A stretch of DNA of 64,000 nt from a virus (lineage: Duplodnaviria > Heunggongvirae > Uroviricota > Caudoviricetes), in IMG/VR virus record IMGVR_UViG_3300048670_001104; one strand, given 5' to 3'. The notes below the pieces were generated by a model. That model was not told where the DNA came from. It saw nothing but the letters and a program-made list of their open reading frames with translations, and did no database searches. Numbering within the stretch: position 1 is the stretch's first letter; every line of letters begins with the position of its first letter. Positions 63,543 to 64,000 of this stretch are shown here, piece by piece. Made by a program: the position numbers and the translations under genes.

Positions 63543-63821
63543 TCATTGATAACATTCCCAAGTGTTGGCATCATAATTCCAATGCCGTGTGTCATAGAAT
63601 TGCAGTTCCGTTTCGTATCCAAACACACCCCACATGATTCTAGCACCTGCGTGGTCACCTTGTAGTGTCCATTCAAACTCTAGATTGATCAAGTTGCCAG
63701 TGCGGTATCCGTTGAACTCCCAGGCCTTGTTTCGAGAGATGGATCCTGACTTGTTCCACAGTATGTCCCACACCTTATTGGTCCGCCATGGCATGGCTAT
63801 ACCGAAGTTTAGATTGATCAC
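63543..63821 (-). CDS. hypothetical protein (GTG start per ORF track)
   Basis: 92-aa ORF. Start overlaps the stop of the partial upstream ORF (GTGA). Confidence 0.4.
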   Translation of the reverse strand: MINLNFGIAMPWRTNKVWDILWNKSGSISRNKAWEFNGYRTGNLINLEFEWTLQGDHAGARIMWGVFGYETELQFYDTRHWNYDANTWECYQ

Positions 63822-64000
63822 ACCACTTTGCCTAATACGCCGTAGATCAACTTATCCAGTTCTGCTTGATAATCGTGGTTGCCCAGTCGACGCTTGTGCC
63901 AGATTGTCTCCAGCAACAGTCGCATCTCATCAGCATCCACACCCCGGGCGTTGTAATCTTGACCACGACTCTCTAACTCTTGGATCAGTTCGTCAGTGTC
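63818..64000 (-). CDS. partial CDS (C-terminal 60 codons; gene continues beyond the window)
   Basis: Open frame through the window edge ending ...LGNHDYQAELDKLIYGVLGKVV*. Not in the ORF track because it lacks a start inside the window. Confidence 0.4.
   Translation of the reverse strand, partial: DTDELIQELESRGQDYNARGVDADEMRLLLETIWHKRRLGNHDYQAELDKLIYGVLGKVV

Noticed and set aside
1-64000. CRISPR arrays, rRNA, integrase/att sites
   Set aside because: No short direct-repeat/spacer pattern was found apart from the coding tandem repeats. No rRNA-like conserved blocks. No integrase or recombinase ORF recognised.

Overview
The window looks like a segment of a large T4-like (myovirus-type) phage genome. 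Almost all genes run on the minus strand. The main parts, in coordinate order, are listed below.

- **Replication accessory genes (1-3.9 kb):** a gp44-type clamp-loader ATPase, a small downstream ORF, a TagD/HldE-like nucleotidyltransferase and a GroES/gp31-like co-chaperonin.
- **Structural block (4.2-16.6 kb):** tail-fiber/baseplate-like proteins. It includes a 1601-aa fiber built from about 204-nt tandem repeats, and two fiber genes that share a C-terminal module.
- **Early/accessory region (16.6-44.6 kb):** dozens of small genes transcribed from consensus sigma70-type promoters (TTGACA-N17-TATAAT on the minus strand). Many are chained by 4-nt ATGA start/stop overlaps. The region encodes an IscA/HesB-like Fe-S carrier, Fe/Mn superoxide dismutase, translation initiation factor IF-1, NAD synthetase, a SleB-type cell-wall hydrolase with a coupled membrane protein, a DNA methyltransferase next to a candidate PD-(D/E)xK nuclease, two ClpP paralogs, glycosyltransferases, a LysM-M23 peptidase and a cluster of small lipoproteins and secreted proteins.
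- **Plus-strand islet (44.6-48.0 kb):** begins with an HNH endonuclease. A free-standing GIY-YIG endonuclease lies at 49.8 kb.
- **Glycan-modification cluster (48-57 kb):** GT1 and GT10-like glycosyltransferases, an LpxH-like phosphoesterase, an amidinotransferase, a nucleotide-sugar dehydrogenase and a UvdE endonuclease.
- **Proteostasis/membrane block (57.2-63.1 kb):** ClpS, Hsp20, ClpX, a BI-1/YccA-like protein and an SPFH/band-7 lipoprotein.

No tRNA, rRNA or CRISPR array was found. All functional calls rest on recognisable motifs read directly from the translated ORFs and were not checked against any database.
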